Shown: piece after piece, positions 1-16,264 of the stretch | How the letters are laid out: each line of letters begins with the position of its first letter | Numbering within the stretch: the stretch's first letter is position 1 | Source: Bigelowiella natans CCMP2755 | Lineage: Eukaryota > Protista > Cercozoa | Assembly (NCBI GenBank): GCA_000320545.1 | Contig: ADNK01003065.1 | Span: 1 to 64,000 of the forward strand | Length of the DNA: 64,000 bases | Direction of reading: 5' to 3' | Notes under the pieces: generated by a model | What the model was told of the DNA's origin: nothing | The model's database searches: none | What the model saw: the letters and a program-made list of their open reading frames with translations, nothing else | Made by a program: the position numbers and the translations under genes

Positions 1-202
1 TTTTTTTTTTTTTTTTTTTCAAAACACCAAAAAAAAATGGTGCCAGGAAATTTTTTTATTATCAAAACCCGGAAAGGGGGGGGGGTGCCCGTTTTAAAAA
101 ATTTTTTTTTTTTGAACCCCCCAAAAAGGGGGGAAAGGGGCCCCTTTTGGGGGGCCAGGGTTTTTTTCCCCCCCCCCTTAAAATTTTTTTTTTTGTTTAA
201 AA

Positions 203-234
<32 letters not shown>

Positions 235-240
235 TCCCTC
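1..240. other. Homopolymer-dominated low-complexity stretch, probably low-quality read or contig-end sequence
   Basis: Starts with poly-T and then consists mostly of A/C/G/T runs (e.g. about 30 C near 204-232), unlike the rest of the window. Confidence 0.7.
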
Positions 241-265
241 CCTCCCCTGCATTTTCTACTAACAC

Positions 266-632
266 CATCTGAGGCTCGTATTGACTGAAAGCATCGCGAG
301 ATGATGATGATGATGATAATGAGGATGATGATGATGATGATGAGGATGATGATGAGGATGATGATGATGATGATGGAACTAACACCTTTGGCCTCCTTTA
401 ATTCGAAGATCTCTCCACGTAATTTGGACACAATTTCCATATTTTCCATTGCAGCAGCACCTTTGTAGGATTAAGGCGAAGAAGAAGAAGAAGAAGAAGA
501 AGAAGAAGAAGAAGGGGATGTGATCAAATAATCCGTAAAGAATAAACACAGTAGTGGTAGTATTAGTAGTATCAAATTCTAGTATTACTTTAATAGTGCA
601 GCAGTGCGCACATGTAGTGACAGAGAATATAC

Positions 633-663
<31 letters not shown>

Positions 664-1022
664 TCTACCGACCATTATTCTCAAATGCAGCCACTCCTTG
701 ACGATGACTCCCTCCAGGAGCAGCCTTACGAAGTACGTTTTGGTTCTTCAGCCTGTCATGGCAATGGTGATAATAATACATCGTCATGATCGATGATTGA
801 TGGCAATGGTGATAATAATACATCGTCATGATCGATGATTGATGGCAATAGTGATAATAATACATCGTCATGATCGATGATTGATGGCCACGACAATACC
901 ACATGATAAACAAACCAACACACGCACACACACACAAGACATATGATGACCTACCTTTGTCGAAGTGAAGCTATCTTTGTTGTCAAAGAGCTCTTATCTT
1001 TCAAAACGGCCTACCGTTTAAC

Positions 1023-1054
<32 letters not shown>

Positions 1055-1883
1055 CCACATTTCATGTAATCATATGTCGTGATATATACTGTATTTTTCT
1101 TTGTTTCATCAATACAGAGAATATGATTTCAACACTGGCGAAGATTTTAAAGCCTTCTTCTTCTATTCCTTCCATTGCAAGGAAAGTCATCGTTCGGATA
1201 TTGCTTCTTTAATAGCTAAAGTGGAGGCCATTTTCTATAAATAGCAGCATTATATTTACACATATACACACACACACGCACACACGCACACATGCATACA
1301 TATATACATACCGCTAAACGAGCTTGCATCGTCTCCATTTGCTTTGCCTTCTCAGCCAATTTTTTCTTAGCCTGCAGATCACACATAATACTCGATTAAC
1401 ATATACGGAGAAGAAGAGAAAATTTGACAATATTTCAAAATTTCATCCTCATCATCATCATCATCATCATCGATATCTCCATCGTGTAGTTGCACCTGAT
1501 TCAATTTTTGCAATGTGATTTTATCTGGCCCTGATTGATAACCCTTCTGTTCCAATACTGCCATTGCAGCGTTACCGACACCAGCACCACCTTTTCCGCT
1601 TTTTACAACATCCTCCTAAAATAATCAAATACTCATATCAGGATGATGGTGAGAATAAGTAAGAACAAACTAACACACAGATACCGATATAGACAGAAAA
1701 CCATATACGTTACCACTAACGTGTGTTCGTGAGCGTCTGTGTGTGTGTGTATGATAGGTGATTCTAACAATGAGCGCTATCGTGTCGTTGAATTCTTATC
1801 ACTTTTTCGTCCTGTGATTTCTGAGCAATAAGTTCGTTTACTTGTCCCGTCAGCTGGAAGATCTTGGTTTCCTGTAGTAGTAA

Positions 1884-1915
<32 letters not shown>

Positions 1916-1929
1916 AGTAGTAGTGGTAG

Positions 1930-1974
<45 letters not shown>

Positions 1975-2114
1975 GAAAGAGAGAAAATAGGCAGATAAGA
2001 AAAGAAAGCAAGAATAAGGGAAAAGAGGGTTTATTATTCTTCGATTCGTCTCCTTTTCCCGTAGGTGGTGCATCATGACTAATGATATCATATCATTCTT
2101 TGCCATCATCCTCT

Positions 2115-2148
<34 letters not shown>

Positions 2149-2537
2149 TTCTACTTCTACTACCTGATGCTTGGAGGCCTCTTCAGCTGCAAAGAGTTGC
2201 TGCTCAACTTTTGTAAGTTTCGCTCGTGCAGATCCAAGCTAGTAACACAATAATAATGGTGAGATAATGATGGTGATAACTACGATATGGCCCCTTCATC
2301 TCTTCTTCAGATTAGGTGCTAAGCATCATCAATCTTTCACCGCTCTCACCATGCAATGAATGATTTTATGAACATCGTCACAACACTTCATTAATGTGAA
2401 ACCAATGGGAAGTCACTACTACTACTGCTGCTACTACTATTACTATTACTACTACTACTGGTACAACCTCTCGTGCTGTATGTCGGCGCTTCTTGAGCAA
2501 ATCACTTGCCTTATTTAACGACAGCCACCACAAAAAC

Positions 2538-2571
<34 letters not shown>

Positions 2572-3977
2572 TAATAGATGACATGATGATGATGATAAGA
2601 TTGTCATCGTGAATACATATATTACAATGTAATACGGCAAGAAAAAGAAGGAGGAGACGGATTATTCTTGCTTACATTTGTTGTATTTGTTGTAAAATAT
2701 TAAAAAAATCATCAACAACAAATACCAATATTCTACCCTTCTTAATTCGTTTTCTCCATCTATTTTTATTCCTTATCTTTGTTATATGTTCTCTATTTCA
2801 TTCTTCTGCCACCGCTCTTTATTCCCACAATCTTCTTATTCCTCCTCCTCCTCCTCCTCCTCCTCCTCCTCCTCTTCCTCCATTTCTTCTTCCCTTCTTC
2901 TTCTTCTTCTTCTTCTTCTTCTTCTTCTTCTTTTCCTTCTATCATCCACCTTTGCACGTTGATCACCAAGCTGTCTTGTTAGCTCCTGTTAGAGGAATCG
3001 TTGGGATAGGAAACATTAGGCTAACAACAAACAAGCTATTTGTATTGCTTGCTAGTAGCTACACATTATTATACCCTAGAAAGAGAGAGATAACAGAATA
3101 ATTCATATCAGAAAACAACTTTCCAAATGTACTACAAAATCTGCTTATTTTTCTAATTAAAGCTTCACAAAAAATCTAATCTAATATTTTCGAATCTGTT
3201 CCCCTCCCCACTCCCTCTATTTCCCTGCCTTTATTTTGATCGTTTGATCTTGCACTGTGGATTGGAGTGCCTGAATTTGAAGAAGTAGTGGTGGTGATAA
3301 GAGGGAGGCAAAGGAAAGAAGAAAGGATAAACGATAGATGAAGTAAGCAGACTTAGAGAAGGATCATGCTGAGGAAATGGCAGTCTAGTTCTCTTTCTTC
3401 CTCCCCCAAATACATTTCTACAATCATATACACGACTTATATCATCCTTTTGATAGTTGTTGACCCCATTACTACCTGAATTGCCTTCCTGTCGTTTACT
3501 TCGTGGATTTTCATTTTGTCAAGTTGAAGTTTTAGTCGTTCATGCTCCGCTTCCATCTTCATCAGACTCTGTGTACGTAAATGTATGGGCGATGATGATG
3601 ATGATGATGATGCTCACAATAACGATTCCACTAGCAGTAGCAGAAGTAATGTCCAGTAGCAATGGTGGCAGAGCAAAATATGATATTATATCTTTCAAAA
3701 CAAAGAACCAATGTTTACTTTCTACATATTAATGACTGAGACCTGCTGTTTAGTCTTCATTTTCTTAGACCACTTCGTCTGTTCTTTTTCTTTTTTTCCC
3801 GCATCCCCCCCCCCCACACACAAACACAAACACACACACACACAATGCATGTCCACAGCGGTGATAAGTTAATATTGAATTTTCTATTGTACAGTATTAC
3901 TTCAAACTTAGGAACTGCAGCTTGGAGCTGTTGGCCAAATTTTTTTCTTTCTTTCTATCTATGTATTTTTTTGGTAC

Positions 3978-4019
<42 letters not shown>

Positions 4020-4186
4020 CCTCTCATTACCCATTGCTATAGCGATTTCATTCCTCATATTTGGCTTTAGATTGAGCCTGTGAGTGTTATTTAGTGCCAG
4101 CAACACAGTGTATAATTAAGCTCATTTCGTATTATTTACGGATAATATATGTAGTATTATCCTGTTAATATGTACAAATTGAAACA

Positions 4187-4236
<50 letters not shown>

Positions 4237-5286
4237 GAGATATTCATTTTAACGCGTGCATATACTACGAGACAACAACCTCCTCTCCAGATCTCCCTTC
4301 AAATCCACATGATTTTGTGATTGCTGCAGCATGCTAGATTTAAGGATATGAATCGTCTTTCGGAGCGTTTCCATCTCGCGCCTATACTCTTTGCAGTGGT
4401 GTGTTTTCTTGGCTACGGCCTCTTCAAGCGTACTTGTTTGCTTCTTCTCAGAACAACCAACACATCGCAAAACAACACAACACATCCACATCCATCGTCG
4501 CACAATAATCAAAAGAATATGAGACAAAAAATAGTGGTGATGGTGAGGATTATGATGATGATAACGAAGATGAGGATACTCCCAAGAAGAAGCATAGAAT
4601 TCGAATAACTAAATGCGGCACTAGCACTACCATACATGACACCACTCCAACAAACACACACACGCACTTTGAGTCGCTCGATTTCCTTTGCCATGACATC
4701 TCGTTCCTTACTTAACAGCTCGGCCTACCATCAGGCAGCAGCAGCAGGTTTAGAAGAAGAAGAAACATAACATATATCGTGTGTGCGTATACTGCACTGT
4801 GCATATGTTCCCCCTCCTCCTCCTCCTCTTCGCAGCTACAACCTGCAACTCGAAACTTTTGCTTTTTCTCAGATGCTCAATAGCTTCGATCTTGGGAAAA
4901 TACGACGAACACAAATAATAATAAGAAGAGGATCAACTGAAAAACTACTTGGTGAACCAATGATAATAAAGACCGATGGATTCATTCTTATGAAACACAG
5001 CAGCAGCTCTAATAACGCAGATGATGGTAGGTGTACTTGTAATAGATAATTAAGATTCCAATGCTCTCTCTGGTACGATCATATCTTTTCACTCACCTCT
5101 CTTTCTTTCTTGTTATCTCCCTTCCCCGTATTCCCTTCTCCCTCTCCTACCTTGGCTTTATGTTCCTGCTCGACGATATCTCTTGCAGCTACCATGTCAA
5201 GAGACTTAATAATCTGCTTTGAGCGCTGGGGATCATCCTTCTCCTTCTCCTGAAAACGACAAAATATACTACTTCTTCAATTGAGG

Positions 5287-5320
<34 letters not shown>

Positions 5321-5874
5321 CCAATCAACTTGGTTGCTGATGACTGAGAGCTTGTTGCAATTAGATGATATGGATTTTATTTCATCCCAGAGAATAGCAC
5401 AGCAGAAAGGAACATTGCCCTTCATTACTATTAGTCTCCCTTCCAACTGTTTGAATTTCGATAATTATTTTTATGGACGAAAACCAAAAAAACTGAATAC
5501 TGTTATGTGTCAGAAGAAGGATCATTATTATCATTATCATTATTATTATTGTTGTTGTTGTCATTATTGAGTGTAGTGTGTTGTAGTACTTGATATTCCT
5601 TTATTTGGGCCTTGAGTTGATCGATGGTCTCGACTTTCTGTTTAAGCTCGCTGTCGAGTTTCTCTAGTTCCATCTATATTACCGCATGGACACGAGTAGG
5701 AGGAGGACGACGAGGTGGGTGGAGGAGAAGGGGAAGGAAGAGGAGGAGTAGTTGGAGAAGATGTTGTCAATTGCTCGAGACTACATTGATGACTAAAATA
5801 TAATTGGTAGTACCATGTTGTTGGAAACGGGCTTTGTGGTTTGTAGCACCGACAGGGCACCTGAATATTGTAAC

Positions 5875-5906
<32 letters not shown>

Positions 5907-6228
5907 CGATGTTAACAACTATATGCGTTGTTGGCGCTGTTGTTGCTGCTGCTGTGTAATGATGGAGTAGTAAGGTATTCCTCTTTTCGACACCATCGTT
6001 GATGTTCCCTTATTATCCTCTACCACATCCCTCTTCTTCTTCTTCTTCTTCTTCTTCTTCTTCTTCCTCTACTTTTCCTTGTATCACTATTCACTGCAAG
6101 CTACTACCTTCTATCTTCTCCAAATCACCCTCATCCTGATTACAACCCAATATTCGAACACACAAACGCAAAGTAAACAAAAAGCTTAGAATTTGTTGAA
6201 GAAGATATACTATTCAACAGTAGAAAAT

Positions 6229-6268
<40 letters not shown>

Positions 6269-6560
6269 ATTGAAACTCTAGCCATCCCCAAACATCAACT
6301 GCTGTGGAGGAATCCTTTTGAGCGGGTGGATACATACATGGTGAAGGTGTGGGTAGTGAAAAGATGGCGATCGATAATAGACGACGACCTGTTTATGAAT
6401 CTGCTCGTTGAGTTCTTTAATATGCCTACCATCTTCACTTGCTCGCAGCTGATACTGCTTCTGAGCCTATATATTGATGATGATGATGATGATAATGATG
6501 ATGATCATGATCATGGATAGAGCAGAGAATGTACTCGTCCTTGAACTAAACTCACTTACG

Positions 6561-6595
<35 letters not shown>

Positions 6596-6597
6596 AT

Positions 6598-6649
<52 letters not shown>

Positions 6650-7968
6650 AGAAGGGAGAGGGGGAGAGGAGGAAGAGACTCTCCACTTTACTGGCAAAAT
6701 GAACAGCTGAACTCTTAGAGGAAAGACGACCTACCTCTTCCAATAGCTTTTGGTATTTTCTCACAGCAGCGGACTTCTGTGAGAGCAGTATTTCCATCGA
6801 CTCCACACGCTCTTTACTGAGTGTCATGATTCTACAACAGAGAGACCCAATATCACCGTTAAAAAACAACAAATACTACATCGTTTTCACTCAAAACAGC
6901 AAAACCCTATGCAAACATTGTTAGAATGAATAGTTGCACAATCAGCATTCTATTCTCTCCGTTACTACTATGTCGTTGCCCAAGCTACCACGTAACAAGC
7001 CAAGAAACCGACCTTTTCTTCTCAAGTTGGTTGCGTTCTTCCGTATCGGCAGCAGCTTTGTATAGCGACTCTATCTCATGCTAAAACAACAATTTGAAGT
7101 GATATATTCAGAGGTGCATGGTAGCGATGGCAACAAGCAGTGGATAGCAAGACAGTGCTCACGTAGACAATTCTTCTCTTCTCGATATGGTTGCTTAATA
7201 AGTTGGTTTTTGTATTTATACCTGCTTTGCCCGAAGTTCATCCGTACGCTTCGCAAGCATTTCTGCAATGAGCACATAACATATTGCCAGACACAATGAA
7301 AAAATACCGTACTATAGCATCAGATAACATCCAGCATCATCATGTGGTAAGGGAGGGTTCGTGTATAATCTTACTTCAACGCATTCTCCTAAGCTACTCT
7401 TATGATCAATTCCTGCATGACTTTGAAGCCTCTCTTCTTCTTCTTCTTCTTCTTCTTCTTCTTCTTCTTTTATCATGCTACTGCCCTTTCTCCCGCTGCA
7501 GCTACTATACCCCTCCTCCTTCTTATCCTACTACTACTACTACCACCATCACCACCACCACCACCACCATCGCAACTACAACAACTACCATCTTGGTCAA
7601 TGACAAGCGCCTTGTTCGTACGGACAACCTGCAAGAAAAATAAGGATAAAACAATGATAATAATAATAATAAGAAAAAGAAGAAGAGGGGAAGAAACTGG
7701 AAAGAGGAGATTATAACTTAAGATTCTTAGAGAGTAGTAATAGGATCTAACGATACATCCTAAGGAGGGTGCAAAGTGTTAAAGAAGAGAACTGCTTTTA
7801 TTTAGCCATTACCGCTCGGTATTCTTCGATTTTTGCCTGTAATCTCTTTACATGCGCCTGGTGATGATGATGATGATGAGGATGATGATGATGATAATAG
7901 GGAAGAGGACAGAGACGCAAATACAACATATCCGCAGAACAGGTAGTTGAATATATTTGAGTTACTCT

Positions 7969-8014
<46 letters not shown>

Positions 8015-8434
8015 CACACACACAGCACATGAATTCTTTGCCTCAGTAGTAGCGCTATTAGTACGACTAATTCTACTACTTCTACTACTGCTACTGCTGC
8101 TGCTAGTATTATAAGTACTGCTGTTACCAGAGCTGCTTCCTCCTTTGGTGTGTTCTCGAGAGCATCTTCAAGTGGTGTTCCAAAATGGCCAGCACCATCG
8201 TTACCATCATCCGCATAATTTCCCTTCAGTTTCTTCGTTTTACTGGCGTATCGAGAGCGCAAACGTCCTTCTTGCTCTCGAAGCTAGATTGACAATAATA
8301 CAACAGCAATGATGATGATGATAATGATGATGGTGGCGATGATGATGATGATGATGGCGATTACACACACGAGCAAGTGCAGCACCACTGCGTTTCATGA
8401 TTGCTGTCTAGCGAATGAATTGGCATAAACATCG

Positions 8435-8466
<32 letters not shown>

Positions 8467-8535
8467 TTCATCATCATCATCATCATCGTGACGATCGTCG
8501 TCGTCATCATCACATGCTTCCAACTGTTAATAATG

Positions 8536-8568
<33 letters not shown>

Positions 8569-9359
8569 CTGTTGTTGATAGGTGATCATAAGCTTATGTG
8601 CCTCAATGTCCTTACTGCCAAGCTCCTCCTGATGTTCAATACAGCAGATAGATGATGATAATACCCCGAAATGTGCACACACTATTGCACTCTTTAATAA
8701 TATAATATTACGAAGTAGTAGTAATAACGGCAAAGCTACTACTACTACAACTACTACTACTACTACTACCATTACCTCTTTCTCAGCGATGGTTTTGTGC
8801 AGCGCATCTATCGTGTCCTCTGCATCTCCGAGTGTCTTTTTGTAAAAGTCTAGCCGTGTTCGGAGCACTGAAGCTTCCCGCCTTATTATTTATTCATCAT
8901 ATTGTTGTGCATTGTTTTGTTAGTGTCACTGTCCTGGGTTATGTCGTTTTTAGTAGTTTTATGTATAATAAACCACGCTGCTCTCTCGCTCTATTGATTA
9001 TTTACCGTGATTTTATCTCTTGGACGCGGATACGTTTGATCTGTGCTGCCCAGTGCTGGATTCTGAGGGAAACAAGGACGATGTGATGATGATGATGATG
9101 TTGATGGTGATGACATAAATGACTATCTGTAATTTGAATGAGTGGCAAAGACATAAGTTTGAGGATATTAAATCGATCACCGCTCCCTCCACATTTACGG
9201 TGACGCCATCAAACAATAGATTATTATTATCGGTTTATCGTTGTAATCTTCTTCTATTGGAAATTACATATATGTATACTCTTACACCACTGAGAAGAAG
9301 TAAGAGCTGCTACCTGAAGTGCGTGTCCGCATTGTTTCCTTTCGAGTTCTGATTATGAC

Positions 9360-9390
<31 letters not shown>

Positions 9391-9756
9391 GTCGTCGTTG
9401 TCATCATCCCAATCATCATCATCAAATGAAACGTACTACATGCCGTTCAAATTTCACTTTTTGTGATGTTTATTCTACTTTTCTTCTCCCCCTCCCTCTT
9501 ACTCACTTACTCTATACCTACGCAACTATCCCACACACACACGCATTCATTCTCTCTCTCTCTCTCTCTCTCGCTCATCACTCACATTCTCATGAGCTGC
9601 TAATTCCTGTCCTATTATTTCTTTCTCCGCACACAACTATGATGATGGTTTAAGGAGGAGGAGGAAGAGGAAGAAGAGGAGGAACACAATATAGATTTAA
9701 GAGGCATTTAGCAGCAAATATTGAAACTTTTCCCAGCAAAAGCATGCCCACTAACA

Positions 9757-9796
<40 letters not shown>

Positions 9797-12785
9797 GATA
9801 CATGTTATACATACAATATCTTCTCCTTCTTTTTGGTGTCTTTATTATCTTTAAATGGTAGCTACTACTACTACTACTACTACTACTACTGCTACTACTC
9901 TTTCTATCTGTGCTTCTAGGGACTCTCGCTTTGACTCTGCTGTTGACGCCTGCGTTCAAAGTAATCGTTATTAGTGGAATTGTAGTAGTAGTACTAGTAG
10001 TAGTAGTGAAAACTTTGCCAACAGCGACGGTGTACTACACTGCTGCAACTTGCTGAAACGGATCGAACATGATGATTTATTTACTTATTTTGTTTGGAAG
10101 TGACGACGACACTTTAAAGCTTCGATGCTAGTCAGTGTCATCATCATCATTACATTCTTCACACAATCTTTATGACGTTTGTAGCAATCACCACCTTTAC
10201 TTCTAGTTTCTTTAGACTGTTAGCAAGCTTCATGTTTGTCTCATGCAGCGTCCAACTAAGATCACACACGTGGTAGTATCAGCATAAGGAAGAGGAAGAA
10301 CAGAGCAAGGCTACATTATACATCATCATCATCATCATCACCATCATCATCATCGTGATTAAGATTCCCCTCTTCCATCGTACACACCCTTGCTGGAGGG
10401 AAAGAAAGTCATGAAGGTAATTATCCTCCGGAAGTCGCCGTGGGCTATTCTTGACATCTTTATCATTTTCATTCAAGTTGGCCTTTTTCAGCTCCTTCCC
10501 TTGATCTTTCCTGTCGCCGAGTAGGTTTGCCTTAGGATATGATGATGATGATGACGATGCACCGCCCCCATTATCACTATTTGTATTGGAAATAATCGCA
10601 TCAGCGGTCATTCCCAGGCTTTTTCTTCGCAGCGCGTCTCTTCCCAAAGTCCCTACACCTCCAACCGAAGAAGCATTGAGCTGTTTTAAGAGTTGAGATA
10701 TCGTGGCATTATGCGCCTTCTCGGCAGAAGCAGCTTGTAAGCGATGAGAGACCCACAGCCTGATGATTAAGAGGATGATGATTAAAATAATGATGATGAC
10801 GATGATGATGATGATGATGTGATGAAATTGATGATAATATCCAAACTCATGATGATGAGTGATATGATAATACAACTCACACCTATGCATTTCTTCCTCA
10901 GAGTCCAGCAGTTTCTGTTGCAGATCGTGTAACATCGCATTGTCGCTATGTTGTTTTGCTTCCACCTCAGCCAGCATAGCTTCACGTGAGTTGAGCTGAT
11001 TTAAAACAACTCAGTCACCGTTCAGTACTCTCCTTACTTATCTTCAGCACACTATCATTATGGCTAGCATCATCATCATCATCATCATCATCATCATTAT
11101 CACGAAGTAGCAGAAGTAGTAGTAGCAGCATGATCATCATTGCAATTATCACCGTGAATCATTCAATTATCAGCAATTTGTGATGAATCAGTCACCTCTG
11201 TTCTGAGAGCGATGAGTTCGTGGCTCATCTTACCAACTAGTCCATGCTCGTCAGACTTACTCTCATTCTTTAATAGCTTCTCTAATTGCTCCAGACTCTT
11301 CTCACCAGCAGAGTTTTCAGCCGCGTACTGATCAAGCAGCGCTTGCGAACGTGATACCTGCTGGGCGTGAATACTCTCTTCCTTTCGTAAGGATGAAACC
11401 TAAAAATATCAGCAGCAGTTCGTATGCGGGATTATATCTTGCTATTCTTCAGGCAAAGAGAAACACTTCGAGCAAGAATATATCTGGAAGAGGAGGAAAA
11501 ATATAAGGAATTCTCTGGCCAATTAGTAGTACCTCTATTTGTAGCTCTTTAACTTGGATTTTGGCGCTTACAAGTTGTTTGCGGAGCTCTTCCGCGTCGA
11601 TTTTGGACGAAAAACGTTCCAAGTTTGCCTGAGACTCACCGGCACGATTTTCAGCGTCTGATGCTTCTTGCAAAGCTGAGGAAAGCCGTTTGGTAAGATC
11701 CTCCACTTTGGATTCGAGGGCGCTACACTGTGTCTGTGCCTGGGAGAATAGTGACTCAAAACGTCCTGCCTTTGCTTGCCAGTTTGAAACCTGATCATCA
11801 GAATTATTTCCGTCATCATTGATTTTCCATCTCCTCCTCCTCCTCCTCCTCCTCCTCCTCCTCCATCATATCACCATCTATAACATCGTTGTAAAAGGTA
11901 GTCCTGCTTAAGGTACACCGAAAGCAGCATGAGAGATCTGTATCTGTATCTTTAGTAGTAGTAGTAGTAGTAGTAACCTGCAGGCGCAAGGCGTGAGTGT
12001 CATTCTCCGCCCCGCTTGCCTTTCCTTCGGCATTTATGCGAGTTTTCATCATTTTATCTCTTCCTAGCTCTTCTCCATGCTTTTGTTCCTTTTTCATCAT
12101 TGTCTGTAAATCCGCTGACGTAACTGCCAGCTGCTTTTTCAAGCTCAAATTCTCTGAAAACACTCGGTCGAATTTTGCCGCGTTTTCAAGCCCCAGGGCT
12201 GCATGTAATAGCGCGATTTTCAGCCTATTTTTCGTCGATATCAAACGGCGCTTCGTCGCGTGGTAGTGCCCCTTCGGCACCCAATCGTGCTGACATAATC
12301 GAAGTTTCTCCAACCTCGCGCTCAGATGAGCATTGCGCTTGCTGATTGCTAGATTACGTTTCTGCAGCTCTATCTCTGAAGAGATGCTGGCGCTTTCAAG
12401 ACGTTTGTGTGCAGCAGTGAGGGAAACAAACCGTGAATGAAGACTGTTGTAACGTCGGGAAATCTGTCGCTTCTTTAGCTTCATCAGCAACAGATCGTCG
12501 TGATCGTCGTCTTGATTAGTGTCCTCCTCCTCCTCCTCCTCCTCCACATTTCTATTAGTATCTTTGTCGAGATGGTGCTATTTGGTATACATGATGGGGA
12601 GAGCAGTGAATTCGAGGTATTGGAGGTAATAATGAGTAAATGCTTCATAGGTGTTGGATCTTCTCAGGTTATTCGTTGAAATATACAACGATGCCACTGC
12701 AGGAGCTACTACTCATTTATTCTCATCATCATTTTTCATATATTTACTTTCCATGTTATCCTAATTCCCCGCCCACTCCGGATAT

Positions 12786-12863
<78 letters not shown>

Positions 12864-12979
12864 AATCATTTTTTAAAATCTTCATCTGTCTTTCCCCCCA
12901 CCCTCTTCTTGGGACTCTCCTCTTTCACCACCCCTAGTACTACTACTACTACTTCACCGCATGGATGGATGTGACACCC

Positions 12980-13010
<31 letters not shown>

Positions 13011-15920
13011 GGAGTACAGTCTAATTCCTACCTTGCCCTCCTCCCCCTCCTCCTCCTTCTTCTTCTCTTTCTCCTTTCCATTAGATGACGATGATGATGA
13101 TGATGATGATGCAGGTTTGTGTTTCTTTTCGTAGTCATTGAGCTGGATTTCGAGCTGTTCTCTGGCTTTGGCAACCGTTTCAAGTCTCGTTTCCGTGTCT
13201 TGTATTTGGTGTCGCAGCTTGCTTCTTTCTTTCTCCCAACCACTTCTCTCTGATGAAAATTCGTCGATGATCCTGTAGCAGCGCTCTTGCGCTTCTACTA
13301 ACATCTTCTCCGCTTGTGATAGTTTAAAGGCCATATCCTTGAGCCTGCTGTTTGGAGGAGTGTGACGCATTATTAACCACTCACGTACGCACTCACCCAC
13401 CCACCCACTACGACACATTCATTTTACAACATCGGTGGTATGTGTTCTGCGACAACAATTTCATATATATGATGGAGTTGTAGTAAAAGAATTAAAGGGT
13501 GATAATGATGGTGACAATGATGATGATGCTGATGGTAATAATGGTGATAATAATTTTGATGACGACAAAGACGGTATGAGGGAGGGCACTGCTGCGTTGT
13601 TTGTTGTTGATGACGATGATGAGAACGAACCGATCTCCTTCCTCTGCGTTGAGGTCCTCATTCATCTCCATCATCGTTTCCTCTGTTTTCTTGTTATCAT
13701 TCTTCTTGTCCGTATACTGATGATGCTGCTGTTTTTTATCGTTGGCGCCTCTTCCATTTTCGGTCTTAGCAGCATTTCCAACATCATCATCATCGCCACC
13801 ACCAATAACGCCGCTCACATCCTCATTGCCACCATTGCTATTAGTATCTTCTCCGTGTCGTCGTCGTCCTCCTCCTCCTCCTCCTCCTTCTTTGGATTGT
13901 TCTATTACTCCAAGCTGCTCTTGGCTACCACGTACACTTGCAACAGTCAGAGACGTAACGCTTGTCTGGACATCATCGATGACAGACGCATATCGCGTAT
14001 TAGTGTGTCCTTCTTCCTCCTTCTCTTTGAATAATTCTCCTCTTCCTCCTCCTCCCCCTGATGGTGGTGGTCTTCCTCCTGCTGCAGTATCAGACAACTC
14101 CAAAAGCTGTTTTTTGAGGTCCTTCCCCTCTTCTTCTATTCGCCTTCTTCCACCCCTCCTTCTTTCCAGATTGATCGCTGCTTGTTGTTGTTGTTGTTGT
14201 TGTTGCCGCTGTTCCTGCTGTTGCTGTTGCTGCTGCTGTTTAAGGTCCTGTATCATTCTAATGAGAGTTTTGTACTCGGCGTTGGTGTTTGTGCCCTCCT
14301 CCTAAGATATGAAATCGTATATTTTTATACTTATCATGCAGTCAGCGGATATGGAGAATAATGCCTTACAACCAACAAAAGTAAGATTAAAGAAGGAGTA
14401 GTACTGGAAGAGAAAAGAGAAGATCAAGGAAATATCGCAACAAAGTAATGATCCTCGTCACTGTGTGTGGGAGAGAGAAAGAGACAGAGAGAGAGAGAGT
14501 TTGTTTTGTGCATACGCTTATCACGTAATGACCATCTTCTTTCTTCCACCAGCAGCGTCGTCATCGTTCTCATCACCCCTTGACTTCTTTCTCTTCTCAA
14601 ATGTAGCAGCAGCAGCAGCAACATAGCTGCGGTTATGGGCGCCATTGTTGCTGCTGCTGTTGTTACCACTCTCTGCCAATCTTCGCCTCAAATCTTCTAC
14701 CTACAAGCACACATACGTTAGCACACATACGTTCATACGCTGCTGCTGTTGCTGCTGCTGCTGTTTATCGCGATGAAAACGCATCGAATTATTTGTTGTT
14801 GATGATAATAGAAACACTCCAATAACATTTGAAGTGGTGTTGTTTTCTTCTGTGGCGCATCAATAAAATGAATATAGGAGGAGGAGGAGGAGGAGGAGGA
14901 GGAGGAGGAGGAAAAGGAGAAGAAGGAAAAGGAGAAGAAGGAAAAGGAGAAGAAGGAAAAGGAGAAGGAATATAATTGGGGGACAACCTCCACTTGAGCA
15001 CGAGCAAGTTTATCTTTATAATCTTGCATCTATCAAAACATTAATCATATTGAAAACATCACACACACACACACACACACACACACCCACACACACACAC
15101 ACATAATCAAAATGATATGTATTTCTGTTGACATTGATAATACGAGGTTAGCTTATGTTTCATTATTTGTGGAATTCGCCGGGATGTCATTGTGTGGACG
15201 ACAATTATAAAACTACCAGCTATCATATCTACTTCCTCCATCATCATAGAAAACAAGATTCACTCGCATTATCTTTATGTTACTTTCGATTGAAGCTCAT
15301 TAGAGTCGGCCTTTTCCTTTGTAACGTGTTGCTGCTTCCTGATAAAGGTGATGAGTGTGTGAAAATCACAGTTAAACATCATATCTTGGAAACCACAGCA
15401 TGCCTTGAAAGCATTGCCTTTGTTTGGATGTCATCATCGCTATGAAATTATTTTGTGTCTGTTGCCCTTTGTATTACAGAAATTCATCGGCTTTGTTAGT
15501 CTTCAGGGCGTGAGCGTACTCCTGAGAATAGGTTTGTACAATTACTTACGAGTCAATTACATGATTATGTACATTAGGTCTGTGCAGTAGTAGTAGTAGT
15601 ACCAATTGTGGTATGTTAAGATGTACAAGAAAAGGAAGAAGAGAAGAAGAAAGAAAAAGAATCGAGAAGAGGTGAGTGACATAGGGTGATATAGTAAGAA
15701 ATATACCTGCACAAGTACAGATTGATCTGGCTTTAATCCAAGGAAGGTGAAACCCTTGTTAACATATCATCATGATTCACACAACATTAGCATATGGTAA
15801 AGGAAGTCAAATAATCGAAAATAATTGTGATCCCCACCTATCAAATGTTTTTGAGTAGTTTCTGGGGGAATATTTTATTTATCCACAGTTCTCTCCTCCC
15901 CCCCCATCTCTTTCTTGTAG

Positions 15921-15957
<37 letters not shown>

Positions 15958-16233
15958 TGTGTGTGCACCTTCTCCGAGACTCCAATAGCCTGTTTATGAA
16001 GTTCCTCGAGCAGCTCTGTGCGTTGTCGTTCTAGCTTTTCAACGACGCTGCGTTGGGCTAATAAAGCTGCCCTCATCTTGACGGCTTCGGTTTGGATATC
16101 TGCAGCAGCCTTCTCGTCGAGGGTCCAGTCGATTGGTAAACCGGCCTCATTTACCAACCATTCACGGTCGCGCATCAAAGCCTGAGGCGGGGAGAAGTGA
16201 TGAATATTAGGTGCATGTACATCATTTGAGAAC

Positions 16234-16264
<31 letters not shown>

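Noticed and set aside
37-288. 83-aa ORF at the window start
   Set aside because: Made of homopolymer runs; probably low-quality sequence.
758-888. CRISPR-like array
   Set aside because: Direct tandem units with no spacers, inside a eukaryotic intron.
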